Shown here: positions 55,401-63,803 of the stretch, in pieces
Numbering within the stretch: the stretch's first letter is position 1
How the letters are laid out: every line of letters starts with the position of its first letter
NCBI GenBank assembly: GCA_026770705.1
Contig: JANJGN010000013.1
Span: 100,998,001-101,062,000 of the forward strand
DNA: 64,000 bases
Direction: 5' to 3'
DNA from: Isurus oxyrinchus
Taxonomy: Eukaryota
Position numbers and translations under genes: made by a program
The notes under the pieces: generated by a model
Told to the model about the DNA's origin: nothing
Seen by the model: only the letters and a program-made list of their open reading frames with translations
The model's database searches: none

Positions 55401-58400
55401 TCATAAATGTGCTTCTTTATGCTTTGTTCTGGCAGTGGTTTCTGATGGTAAAATTGTCAAATGATAATAAACTATTAACGCTTTGTGTAAGCTTAGGTAC
55501 AATTGCTGTGCCGCATTTTACAAAATGTGAGCACAAATACCTTGTTCCTTTACTTTCCTCACTGCTTATTGATGCATATTTGTTTTGTGATTAAAGACTT
55601 GTTGATTAAAGAGCTATGAGAATTGTGATTGTTGCCAGTTATAGTTGATATCTGGCATTGTCAAGTAATTCTTTTGATCCAGGACGGATCAGTTAAGTAA
55701 GCTTGTTGAATTGATTGGAGTCAGTCCGATGTGTCATTGTTGGATGAGTGATTGTGTTGTTGGCAGTATCTTTGAGTTAGCAAGCGATACGGGTAATGAA
55801 GATGGCCCAAAACTTTTTGAGAAATGGAGGAACTGGGGCCTGACAATTCCATTTGTTTTTTCGAAGCAAATATGGAAATTGAAAATTTGTGATTATTTGC
55901 TTTTTTGCATTTGTAGTTTGAAGAACTATCAGGTTGCTGTTATTAATTTTAGAGACCTAACTGCACTTATTTGAACGAATGATGATAGCAGAAGACATCA
56001 GGTTATCTGATGAGTAGAGCAATGCTTGTCTGTCCTGAGGCCAAGAGAAAGTGCTTAAAAGCATCTCATTTGATGAACTGGAAAATGAAAGGATTCTTTT
56101 GGGGTGATTTTGGGCAATCATGAGGCTTCCAAATGAAATATGTTTTTGGAAAGACAGAGAACATTATTTTCTCAAAAAGGAATACAGCAAGGTTTCTATT
56201 CGCAAATAATTGGTGAAGTAGTGATGAGAAGTGCCATGTGCTGAGTTGGACTTTTAAATTGCGCCCCTGAAGTTGTTAGAAATATCAATCAGTTTGAAAT
56301 CATGCAAATTAATTTCGCCTGTTAAGAAGCGCTCAATCTTGTGAAGAAAAGCAAATGAAGCATTTGCTGACACCATGTCATTGAAGATATCATTGCCTGA
56401 AAATGAAGTGCCTTTAATCGGCAACTTTGTCAGGAATTGCTCTGGAAGTTAACCTCTACCTTATGGGAAGGGAATTGCTGCTAGGCTCTGTTGTATATAA
56501 TTATTGTTCTATTCCTTATCTTTGTTGAAGTAATTGTAAGTTGCTCCTTCAACTGAACTAGATGATGTGGTTTATCTCAACATTATCTCAGAAGCCGATG
56601 CAGCCAGTAGTGAATTAATAATCTCTGCCATTTCCTCTGGCATTTAGGGCCAACGCCATTTGGAGGAACAGGAAGACCGAGAATTTCAGAAACCACCATC
56701 AGTGGTGAGTGTTGTTCTTCTCCTCATCAGCATGTTAAGTTAAATTTCTGTGATTAGTGTAGAAGTATTCTGTAATATTTCCTCTGCTACGTTAAATATA
56801 ATCTTTCCCTGTAAACAATCACTCATTCTTGTCAACAAAAGATTATGAAGCGTTTGTTGACACCCTGTCATTAATGATATTGTTGGCAGAAAAGCAATTG
56901 CCTTTTGCAGGCAACTTGCTCCAGCACCTGCTCTGGAGGTTAACCACTAGATTTTGAGAATTGAATTGGTGATAGTAGATTTTGGGAATAATTATTTTTC
57001 TGTTTCTTATCTTTGTAGTATCATCTCTAGCTTACTCCTTCAACTGATGTAAATTCATTGTACATTTTCTAGGAAAGCCAGGCAGCCAGTAGTGAATTAA
57101 TATATTGTACCATTTTCTCTGGTATTTAGGGCCAACACCATTTGTTGGAACTGGAAGACCAAGAACTTCAGAGACCACCATCAGTGGTGATTATTGTTCT
57201 TCTCCTTATTAGCGTGTTAATTTAAATTTCTGTGATTTGTGTATTAGTATGCTGAAATATTTCCTCTGCTACATTAAGTATAATCTTTCCATGTAAACAA
57301 TCGCTCATTCTTGTTGAGAAAATATAATGAAGCGATTGTTGACACCATGTCATTCATGATATTCTTGCCTGAAAAGCAAATGCCTTTTGCAGGCAACTTG
57401 TTCCAGCAACTGCTCTGGAGTTTAACTGCTAGATTTTGAGAATTGAATTATTGATAGAAGATTTTGGGTATAATTATTTTTTGTTTTTTACCTTTCTAGT
57501 ATCATCTCTAACATGCTCCTTCAACAGAAGTAAATTCAGTGTCCATTATGTAGGAAATCGATGCAGCCAGCAGTGAATTAATTTGCTTTACCATTTTCTC
57601 TGGTATTTAGGGCCAACATCATTTGGAGGAACAGGGAGACCAACAACTTCAGAGACTACCATCAGTGGTGGTGAGAACTGTTCTTCTCCTCATCAGCATG
57701 TTAAGTTAATGTTGTGCGATTCGTGTATTAATATTCTGTAATATTTCCTCTGCTACATAGTGCCAACACTAACTACAGTGACAGGTATACTTCCTGCTTC
57801 AGAGACCAGCGTTAATGGTGAGTAGAGCTTATTTAACTTCATTAGGTGAAATTATTTCAGAGCAATTTGTGATTTAGCTATCTGCAATATGATCTCTACT
57901 TTCAGGCTCTGTCTTACTCCCTCCCTTTTTCTTTGATACCAATGGGTCCTTGGGGTCATTTGTTATCAGAAATTGCCATTCATGTTCTTCTCCCTGATAA
58001 ACTAAGTTGTCTGCTAACATAGTGGTGATTTTTACCCCCTTTACGTTTATATTTCTCCCTTGTAGCAACAATGTCCATCTAGCGATTCTATTTTGGTTAA
58101 CTGTACCATCCTTAATCCTTCCGTCTAACAGTAGCTGTACAAGGGTGTGTTCTGTTAATATTGTAAGTGGGTTTAGTCCCACTATCTCGGTAAAATGCTG
58201 CACTGCCCAAAAGACAGCTAGCAAGTGTTTTTCGCATACCATATACCCCTGCTCTACTGATGAGAGCATATGTGAGGCGTACGCTACTGGTCGCAATTTC
58301 CTGTGTATCTCCTGCCGAAAGGGTGGTGTCTGTGGTAGCCACCTTCATTGAAAACGGCTCAGTTGGATTTGGGGTTTTCAGAGCAGGCGCGGCAGCTAGT

Positions 58401-61400
58401 GCTTGCTTTAGAGTGGTCATGGCCTGGTTGTGTTCTGTTTTCCACTCCCAGGCCACATTCTTTTTTAATAATTCCATTAGCGGGGCTGCTTTTGTGGCGA
58501 ATCCATCAATGTGGTCCCTGCAATATCCCACCAAGCCTAAGAAGGACCTTAAACCTTTTACATCCCATGGAACAGGGAGTCTGCCAACCGTCTCTGCCCA
58601 TCGTTTGTCAATGTCCCTCTTCCCCGGTGTCAGAATCATTCCCAAGTAAGTAACTTTTTGTTTCGTGATCAGTGCTTTTTTAGGGTTAATCTTTAATCCC
58701 AAGTCATGGAACAATTGCCGTAATTCACTTAGCAGTTAATAATGTTTCTTTTTGGTTTTAGTTTGTTGGAGTAAGTCGTCTACATACTGCACTAGACATT
58801 CGGGCCTCGAGAATCCTTTTAACCCTTCCCTCGCCATTGATGAAATATGGACGGGGAATTGTGGAATCCCTGTGGCAGGGCGATCCATGTATATTGCTGT
58901 CCTTGGAAAGTAAACGTGAATTTATATTGACACTCTTTCTCCAGTGGAATAGACCAAAAACCGTTACTTATGTCCAACACCATAAACCACTGCGCATCCT
59001 CATTTTGTCGAACTACTGTCTCTGGGCTAGTTGCTACAGTAGGGGCTGTTAACAGGGTGACTTTATTTAATTCTCTGTAATCTATCGTTAGTCGCCAGCT
59101 ACCGTCTGGTTTCCTCACTGGTCAAATCGGCGGGTTGTTAGTAGAAGCTATTGGTCTTAATATCCCTTGCTGCAGCAGACTCTGTATCACCTTTCCTATC
59201 TCTTCTTCTGTTTGTTTTGGGAAACTACTGGTTTGGGGTCTGGACCTTGTAAGTGAACATTCCCGGTCATTTCCCCACAAGCATGTTTATGTCGGGCGAA
59301 TACTATTGAGTTTTGTGCAATAATTTGTTGTACTTCACGATTGTCACTCATTTCTCCTGGTTCTATCTACATTTCCCCGATCATGCATATCCTATCCTGA
59401 TATTCCCCCCTGGGATGAGTGTGTGATTTATACTGCCTATGCCCAAAGGCATTTGCCAAATCATACAATTAACGGGGTCAAAGCAGAGTCCCACTTTGGC
59501 CATATAGTTGCTCCCTAATATATGTTCTTGTTCTCTGGGTAATTTGATAAGGGCCACTGAATGCTCTATCAATATGTCTCCCACACCGACTTCCAATGGT
59601 ACACTCACATATCCCACTTGTGAATGCCTTGTGAATCCACTTAGAATAATTTTGTTTTGAATTTTCCAATCTATGTCATTGATCTGAGTGGTGTTAACGG
59701 TGGTTCGGGACCCACCTGTGTCCCAAAGGAATGTAATAGGGTGGCCTCCAACCCTACCATTCACTAGGGGTCTCCCCGTGTCATCCCACCGCGTATCACA
59801 CACCCATAACGGAGAGGCCTGAGACTGTCATTGCAGTTCGGGGTACAACCCGGAACTCAGTGGTATTTCTGTCATATCACACTGAGGACTTGGTCTATTT
59901 GGCTGTTCCATGGGTAGGTTCTGGTTTCCTCCCCAACCTGCATTTTCTCATCTCGAATTCAGGCAGTCCCTTGCGAAGTGTCCCTCTCGGCCACAGTTAT
60001 AGCATCTGGACACCTCGCCCTGAGTTCACCCCGTTCCCGAGAAGTTTCCTTTTCCTCTGCCTCTACCTCTTCCCACTGTCTGATAAGCTGGAGGGGGTTC
60101 CCTCTGAGTAGGTCCCCTCCCTTCATTTCTCCAGGTTGTCGCCTGATTCTTAACAGGCATTGCTCTGTCCCTGGATGTCTTTCATAGTTTTGGTGTTTCC
60201 CTTTCCCATTCTCTAACCATCTTCTTAATTATCCAGGGCTCCGTATGTGTGTCATCAGTGGGATCAAACTGATCTAATGCCTTGCTCGACTCCTCAGTGC
60301 CATGCAACACTAGCGTTCTCAGCCATCGGTTCCTAAACACCAGCTGTAAGTTATCCCTATCTAGGCCTATGCCATAGACCCCTTGAAACACCGCCCAAAT
60401 GTGAGCCAAAAATACGGTGGGGTGCTCACCTTTTCTTTGATAGCATTTCATCAGCCCTGCCACTGGGTCCCCTCTGTTATCGCCCGTGACAGATAATACC
60501 TAGTTCTTTAAGGCCTCATTTTTGCCTCTACCAAGTTTTTGTTCCTCCGGTAGGGCAGAGTGTATATGTGGATGTAGGCACGTTAGAATTAATTTTCTTT
60601 CCTTGGTATCGTCTAAGCTGTGTACCCCTCTCTGTTGCCTGACCGCTAGGAACAACTCCCTAGGATCATTCCCGGGCACGCACGTCTCAATTTCTTTCGC
60701 AACATCCCTCAGTTGTTGTACCCCAAGTGGGGTGGAATATATCATATTTGGGCTGGCTGGCCCCTGGCCACCTGCCCCTGCTTGTGCTCTAGTGGTTACA
60801 AGGGGGGCCATTGGGGCAGTCGGTTTTTCTGGCTCTGGAATATATGCCGGCGGTGGAACCTCTGGTGGAGGTTCCCTGTCACCACTGCTGTATCTATCCG
60901 CCCCGTCTGCTAAATCATCCCAATCTACATCCCCTTGATTGTTTTCTTCTCCTCTTCTGGGTGCGAAAGCACACAGTATGCCCCCTCTGTATAGCTAGCT
61001 GATCTTGCGGCCTCACTATCTTCTGGCACTTTGTGCGATCACTGGTACTGTTCCTTTTTTCCTGAGCTGCTCTGTGAATCACATTCATAGCAGTTTTTAA
61101 ATCACTACATTGTTGTTTCCATCCCTCCACCTCAGCTTTAGCTGCTTGGGCTTCTCCCTCTCTCTTACCTCTTTTCATTAACCAATTTTTCGCACCGTAA
61201 CTGATATTGGTTCAAATCTGCACTTCTCTGTCTCTTTAAATCACTTACCTTCTCACTAAGGCCGGCTATCTCCTCACTGAATTTTTTATTCTCTCCCTCT
61301 AGTCTGTCTCTCTCCCTCCTAGCCTGCTGTCGGCATTCTATCCATTTCTCAAATAAACATCCGATTGCTACGGACTTTTGTACCTTTTTAAATTTCTTGA

Positions 61401-63803
61401 CATCTTTGTGCAGTTCTCCAAAGGGCTTCCCCAGTGGGTTTTCCCTTATCACCAATGTGACCTGCATACTCCCCGTATTGCGGCCACTTCCCTATTACAT
61501 ATTTTTGGAGGAGTCCCTTCCAGGCAAAACAATCCAAGTCCCCAGGGCTTGGATATTCCCCTTGATTCGTCATCTTATGTTAATGGCTATGAATTAACCC
61601 AAACTCCTGTTCTCTGTGTGCTTTGCCAACTTGGTTCGGTTTGAGGCTCCCGCTGACTCAATGGAGAGATTTATCCTCGAGCCCACCCAGGGACGCCAAA
61701 TATGTTGCCGGAGATCACTGGTAATGGTTATTAGCTTTGTACACAGAGGAGAAGAGTCAATTCTCTCTTAACTCTAAATTTGCTTTATTCGTGTCATTAG
61801 ATCATCTGTATATAGCTTATATGTCTGGTTAAATATAGACATGCAGTTTACAGCAGGTTATACAGTTTTATACCCAAAACTAGGATCTAAACGCACACCA
61901 ACTAAGTTTCTCTGACAGTCCCTGAGTGGTCACAGGATATAAAAGCTAATACCCAAAAAGGAGAGCTGATGCTGGCCAGGCGTTCCATTCTCTTCTCTCG
62001 TGTCTCTACATTGCTGACGTAGGTTCTTCCGCTTCTGCGATGGTTGGTCTCCGGAGTCTTCGCTGCTCTATGCCCGAAAACCTCCAGTCCTATACTGAAT
62101 CTTATCTCTTCAAGCTGTGCTGTCTCTCTCCCATTGGTTTAGGCCTGCTTGCCTAGTCTGTGGCATATTTTCATTGGCTTTGTTCCAAGACTTAGGTAGC
62201 ATTTCCTTGTTCCTCCTGTCCTAAATAAGGACTTGTGTCTTATCTCATTCCCTTTGTTCTTCAAGAAACTCAGCTACTTCAAACTGTTTCCAGCCAGCTC
62301 AGTCCAGTGACTGGACTCAGGTTACTTCAGGTCAAAAGTTGCTTTTGCCTGTGTCAGCAGTTCAGCTGCAGCTCCTGGCCAACACGTGTGAAGTTTGCCC
62401 TGCCAACCGTAGGCAGTCAAGGGTCTTGATGTTTTTGCAAAATTGAAGTTGATGATATGTTGAGTCCAATCACATGGAAATGTATAAATGAGTGTCATAT
62501 GAGTAGTTCCACAGTATTATTTGTAATGTTTGTACTTCTTAATTGTGCTTCTTCATCCTTTGTACTGACAATGGTCAAATGCTAGTAAATTGTGAATTCT
62601 TTGTGTCACCTTTGGTACAATTTCTGTGCCTTATGTTGGAAAATTTGAGCACAAGCATCTTGGTGTTTTACCTGCCTCACGGCATATTGACACATATTTG
62701 TTTGGAGATTAAAAGATCTTCTCACTGAATCGTTATTAGAAAAGTGATTGTAACCAGATATAATAGATATCTGGCGTTATGAATTCTAACTTTCTGTAGA
62801 GGACTGTGTTGTTAAATCAGGTTGTTGGATTTATTGGATATTGCTGATCCTGCTGATAGTTGATTGCATTCATGGCAATATGTTTTAATTTACAAGAGGC
62901 ACTCATTATGAAGACTGCCCACAACCTATTGAGAAATGGAGAACCCAGGGAATGACAGCCTCCATTTGTGTACTTGAAGCAAATATTGAAAACAAAAATT
63001 TGGGATTATGAGAAAGCATCTCATCTGATAAATTGCAAAATGAAAAGGATTCTTTTTGGATAATTTTGGACACTGATGATCCTTGCATGTGCACTTTCTA
63101 TTAAGAAAGACTGACAAAATTATTTCCTCAGATGGAAATAAAGCAAAGTGCTCATTAGCGAATAATTGAAAAGTAGTGATGAAAAGTGCCATGTGCTCAG
63201 TGGGATTTTTAAAATGCACCCTTAAAATTGTTAGAAATATCAATCAGTTTGAAATTTTTAAAATTTAGGTTTCGCTGGTAAACAAGCGCTCAATCTTTTG
63301 CTCAAAGTTTGCTGACATCATGACATTTAAGATGTCCTTGCCTGAAAAGTAACTGCCATTTGCAGGCAACTAGCTCCAACTAACTGCTTTGGAGGTTAAC
63401 CACTGGATTTTGGGAATTGAATTACTGATGGGATATTTTGAGTATAATTAATTTTCAGCTCCTTACCTGTGGTAGAAGCAATTCTAACTTGCTTCTTCAC
63501 CTGAACTAAATGAATACAAATGAACATCTAAACATGATCTTGGAAACCAATGCAGCCAGTAGTGAATTAATATATTGTACCATTTCCTCTGGTATTTAGG
63601 GCCAACACCATTTGGAGGAACAGGAAGACCATTAACTTCAGAGACCACCATCAGTGGTGATTATTGTTCTTCTCCTCACCAGCATGTTAAATTAATTTTC
63701 TGCGATTTGTGTATTAATATTCTGTAATATTTCCTCTGCTACATAGCGAAAACGGCAACTACTGTGACAGGTGTACTTCCTGCTCCTGAGTCCGGCATTA
63801 CTG
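331..63803 (+). CDS. Interior of a large spliced gene: ~112 tandem phase-1 microexons encoding a Gly/Pro/Thr/Ser-rich mucin-like (or proteoglycan-like) repeat domain; 5' and 3' ends lie outside the window
   Basis: Recurring 57/60-nt blocks are each preceded by a pyrimidine tract + AG (tttctctggtatttag, cctctgctacatag, ctctgctgcatag) and followed by GTGAG. Lengths are multiples of 3 and all exons are phase 1-1. Spliced translation gives continuous PTS/G-rich repeats. Labels used below: A, B, C, C' = GPTPFGG class; D = V(R/P)T(L/F)TTVTG class; E = GPT(Q/P)ATGTG class. Family assignment is inference from composition only. Confidence 0.8.
2919..4245 (+). CDS. Microexon cluster A-B-C-D-E (E has in-frame TAA)
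   Basis: A 2919-2975, B 3401-3457 (GPTPFGGTGRPRTSETTIS), C 3893-3952, D 4043-4099, E 4189-4245 with TAA at 4230-4232. Confidence 0.78.
5667..7796 (+). CDS. Microexon cluster A-B-C-D-E-C'-D'-E'
   Basis: A 5667-5723, B 6149-6205, C 6629-6688, D 6779-6835, E 6925-6981, C' 7444-7503, D' 7594-7650, E' 7740-7796. All have AG/GT and an open frame. Confidence 0.8.
9218..10534 (+). CDS. Microexon cluster A-B-C-D-E (E has TAA and a 9-nt deletion)
   Basis: A 9218-9274, B 9699-9755, C 10191-10250, D 10341-10397, E 10487-10534 (48 nt, TAA 10528-10530). Confidence 0.78.
11952..14081 (+). CDS. Microexon cluster A-B-C-D-E-C'-D'-E'
   Basis: A 11952-12008, B 12434-12490, C 12914-12973, D 13064-13120, E 13210-13266, C' 13729-13788, D' 13879-13935, E' 14025-14081. 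Confidence 0.8.
15503..16819 (+). CDS. Microexon cluster A-B-C-D-E (E has TAA and a 9-nt deletion)
   Basis: A 15503-15559, B 15984-16040, C 16476-16535, D 16626-16682, E 16772-16819 (TAA 16813-16815). Confidence 0.78.
18237..20366 (+). CDS. Microexon cluster A-B-C-D-E-C'-D'-E'
   Basis: A 18237-18293, B 18719-18775, C 19199-19258, D 19349-19405, E 19495-19551, C' 20014-20073, D' 20164-20220, E' 20310-20366. Confidence 0.8.
21787..23111 (+). CDS. Microexon cluster A-B-C-(D)-(E)
   Basis: A 21787-21843 (GPMPSGGTGRPRSSETTIS), B 22269-22325, C 22759-22818. D 22909-22965 has acceptor AG>TG; E 23055-23111 has TAA at 23096-23098. Confidence 0.77.
23590..25203 (+). pseudogene. Penelope-like reverse transcriptase + GIY-YIG endonuclease, N-truncated, single internal stop
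   Basis: One frame throughout: FYLLPKIHK..PGRPIIS..MDVQSLYTSIP..AMGTHMGPSYA..LRYIDD, TAG at 24523-24525, then ..VPLVLTYHP..CKRCNTC..NLVYCIRCSQCGLLYIGETKRKLGDRVAEH..GLN, ending in TGA at 25201-25203. Confidence 0.92.
25603..25641 (+). ncRNA. Degenerate minimal type-I hammerhead ribozyme motif in the Penelope-like 3' region
   Basis: AGTT-CTGTCGA-A-AGGTC-ATGAG-GACTC-GAAA-TGTC-AACT. Stem I is AGTT/AACT and stem II is GGTC/GACT. The core deviates from CUGANGA and GAAAC. Minimal hammerheads are an established feature of Penelope-like element termini. Confidence 0.55.
26657..28785 (+). CDS. Microexon cluster A-B-C-D-(E)-C'-D'-E'
   Basis: A 26657-26713, B 27139-27195, C 27619-27678, D 27769-27825, E 27915-27971 (acceptor AG>GG), C' 28433-28492, D' 28583-28639 (weak donor GTCTGT), E' 28729-28785. 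Confidence 0.78.
30208..31528 (+). CDS. Microexon cluster A-B-C-(D)-(E)
   Basis: A 30208-30264, B 30690-30746, C 31179-31238. D 31326-31382 has acceptor TG; E 31472-31528 has acceptor GG. Confidence 0.77.
32949..33793 (+). CDS. Microexon cluster A-C-(D)-E (B module absent)
   Basis: A 32949-33005, C 33441-33500, D 33591-33647 (acceptor TG), E 33737-33793. Confidence 0.77.
35214..36539 (+). CDS. Microexon cluster A-B-C-D-(E)
   Basis: A 35214-35270, B 35695-35751, C 36187-36246, D 36337-36393, E 36483-36539 with CAA>TAA at 36491-36493. Confidence 0.77.
37957..39277 (+). CDS. Microexon cluster A-B-C-(D)-(E)
   Basis: A 37957-38013, B 38439-38495, C 38928-38987. D 39075-39131 has acceptor TG; E 39221-39277 has acceptor GG. 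Confidence 0.77.
40698..41542 (+). CDS. Microexon cluster A-C-(D)-E (B module absent)
   Basis: A 40698-40754, C 41190-41249, D 41340-41396 (acceptor TG), E 41486-41542. Confidence 0.77.
42963..44288 (+). CDS. Microexon cluster A-B-C-D-(E)
   Basis: A 42963-43019, B 43444-43500, C 43936-43995, D 44086-44142, E 44232-44288 with TAA at 44240-44242. Confidence 0.77.
45706..47022 (+). CDS. Microexon cluster A-B-C-D*-(E)
   Basis: A 45706-45762, B 46188-46244 (donor GTGCGT), C 46670-46729, D 46820-46876 (last base T rather than G), E 46966-47022 (donor GT>GG). Confidence 0.77.
48429..49745 (+). CDS. Microexon cluster A-B-C-D*-(E)
   Basis: A 48429-48485, B 48911-48967, C 49393-49452, D 49543-49599 (ends in T), E 49689-49745 (donor GG). 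Confidence 0.77.
51172..52487 (+). CDS. Microexon cluster A-B-C-D*-(E)
   Basis: A 51172-51228, B 51653-51709, C 52135-52194, D 52285-52341 (ends in T), E 52431-52487 (donor GG). Confidence 0.77.
53915..55229 (+). CDS. Microexon cluster A-B-C-(D)-E
   Basis: A 53915-53971, B 54396-54452, C 54878-54937, D 55027-55083 (donor GT>TT), E 55173-55229 (GPTPSTGLGIIMVSETRIT). Confidence 0.77.
56648..57817 (+). CDS. Microexon cluster A-B-C-D (E removed at the retroviral junction)
   Basis: A 56648-56704, B 57130-57186, C 57611-57670, D 57761-57817 (VPTLTTVTGILPASETSVN). The D-E intron breaks off at 57897. Confidence 0.77.
57898..59827 (-). pseudogene. pol: Pol fragment: aspartic protease, reverse transcriptase, RNase H-like connection/tether; disrupted and truncated
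   Basis: FLWDTGGSRT (59711-59725); KPDGSWRLTIDYRELNK; LDISNGFWSIPL; YTWIALPQGFHNSP; YVDD at 58775-58786; LRSFLGLVGYCR; RPVAYAS..EKHLLA..TEH..RIARW..LADNL. Confidence 0.9.
59828..61573 (-). pseudogene. gag: Gag, disrupted by frameshifts and stops
   Basis: ORF fragments 61388-61573, 61165-61467, 60915-61178 (coiled-coil-like), 60500-60811 and 60182-60463. Motifs: PPAY 60842-60853, PTAP 60812-60823, CYNCGREGHFARDC 59963-60004, LYPEL 59834-59848. Ends in TGA at 59828-59830. The start codon is uncertain. Confidence 0.8.
61677..61698 (-). promoter_or_regulatory. Primer-binding site complementary to tRNA-Asn
   Basis: The - strand reads TGGCGTCCCTGGGTGGGCTCGA, 4 nt from the LTR end. The + strand TCGAGCCCACCCAGGGACGCCA matches the vertebrate tRNA-Asn(GUU) 3' end including CCA, as I recall that sequence. 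Confidence 0.85.
61703..62384 (-). repeat. 5' LTR (682 bp)
   Basis: 5-bp inverted termini TGTTG (61703) / CAACA (62384). On the - strand there are CCAAT boxes at 62173-62177 and 62133-62137, a weak TATA-like site near 62091-62094, and AATAAA at 61784-61789. The PBS is adjacent. Confidence 0.8.

Larger units (their letters stand above)
1..57897. repeat. Tandem array of a ~2.74-kb basic unit (~1.42-kb long intron + three ~482-bp modules + D/E microexons), with length variants
   Basis: A-exon starts recur at 2919, 5667, 9218, 11952, 15503, 18237, 21787, 26657, 30208, 32949, 35214, 37957, 40698, 42963, 45706, 48429, 51172, 53915, 56648. The same spurious ORFs recur in the ORF track at these periods. 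Confidence 0.97.
57898..62384 (-). mobile_element. 3'-truncated endogenous retrovirus-like LTR element (5' LTR-PBS-gag-pro-RT-tether); integrase, any env and the 3' LTR are missing
   Basis: LTR with TGTTG..CAACA ends, tRNA PBS, gag with CCHC, protease WDTGG, RT LPQGF/YVDD. Host array sequence resumes at 62385 and breaks off at 57897. Confidence 0.9.

Noticed and set aside
1682-55974. Recurring short + strand ORFs (MLLYALFWQW.., MISGIIKYFF.., MIGVSPMCHC..)
   Set aside because: They lie in the long intron, start at GTG/TTG, and gain or lose stops and change length between copies. Recurrence reflects the tandem repeat, not coding constraint.
331-57817. CRISPR-like or recombination-cassette reading of the regularly spaced 57-nt repeats
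   Set aside because: The intervening sequences are themselves repeated and 89-1400 nt long, the repeats carry splice signals, there are no cas genes, and I saw no heptamer/nonamer recombination signals.
58007-61644. + strand ORFs over the proviral region
   Set aside because: Antisense to gag/pol with no motifs of their own.
61677-61698. tRNA-Asn gene
   Set aside because: Only the 3' 22 nt including CCA match and the site abuts an LTR, so it is a primer-binding site.
331-63803. Naming the host gene (MUC19, FIM-B.1 ortholog, aggrecan)
   Set aside because: No unique domain exons are in the window; the similarity is architectural and compositional only.
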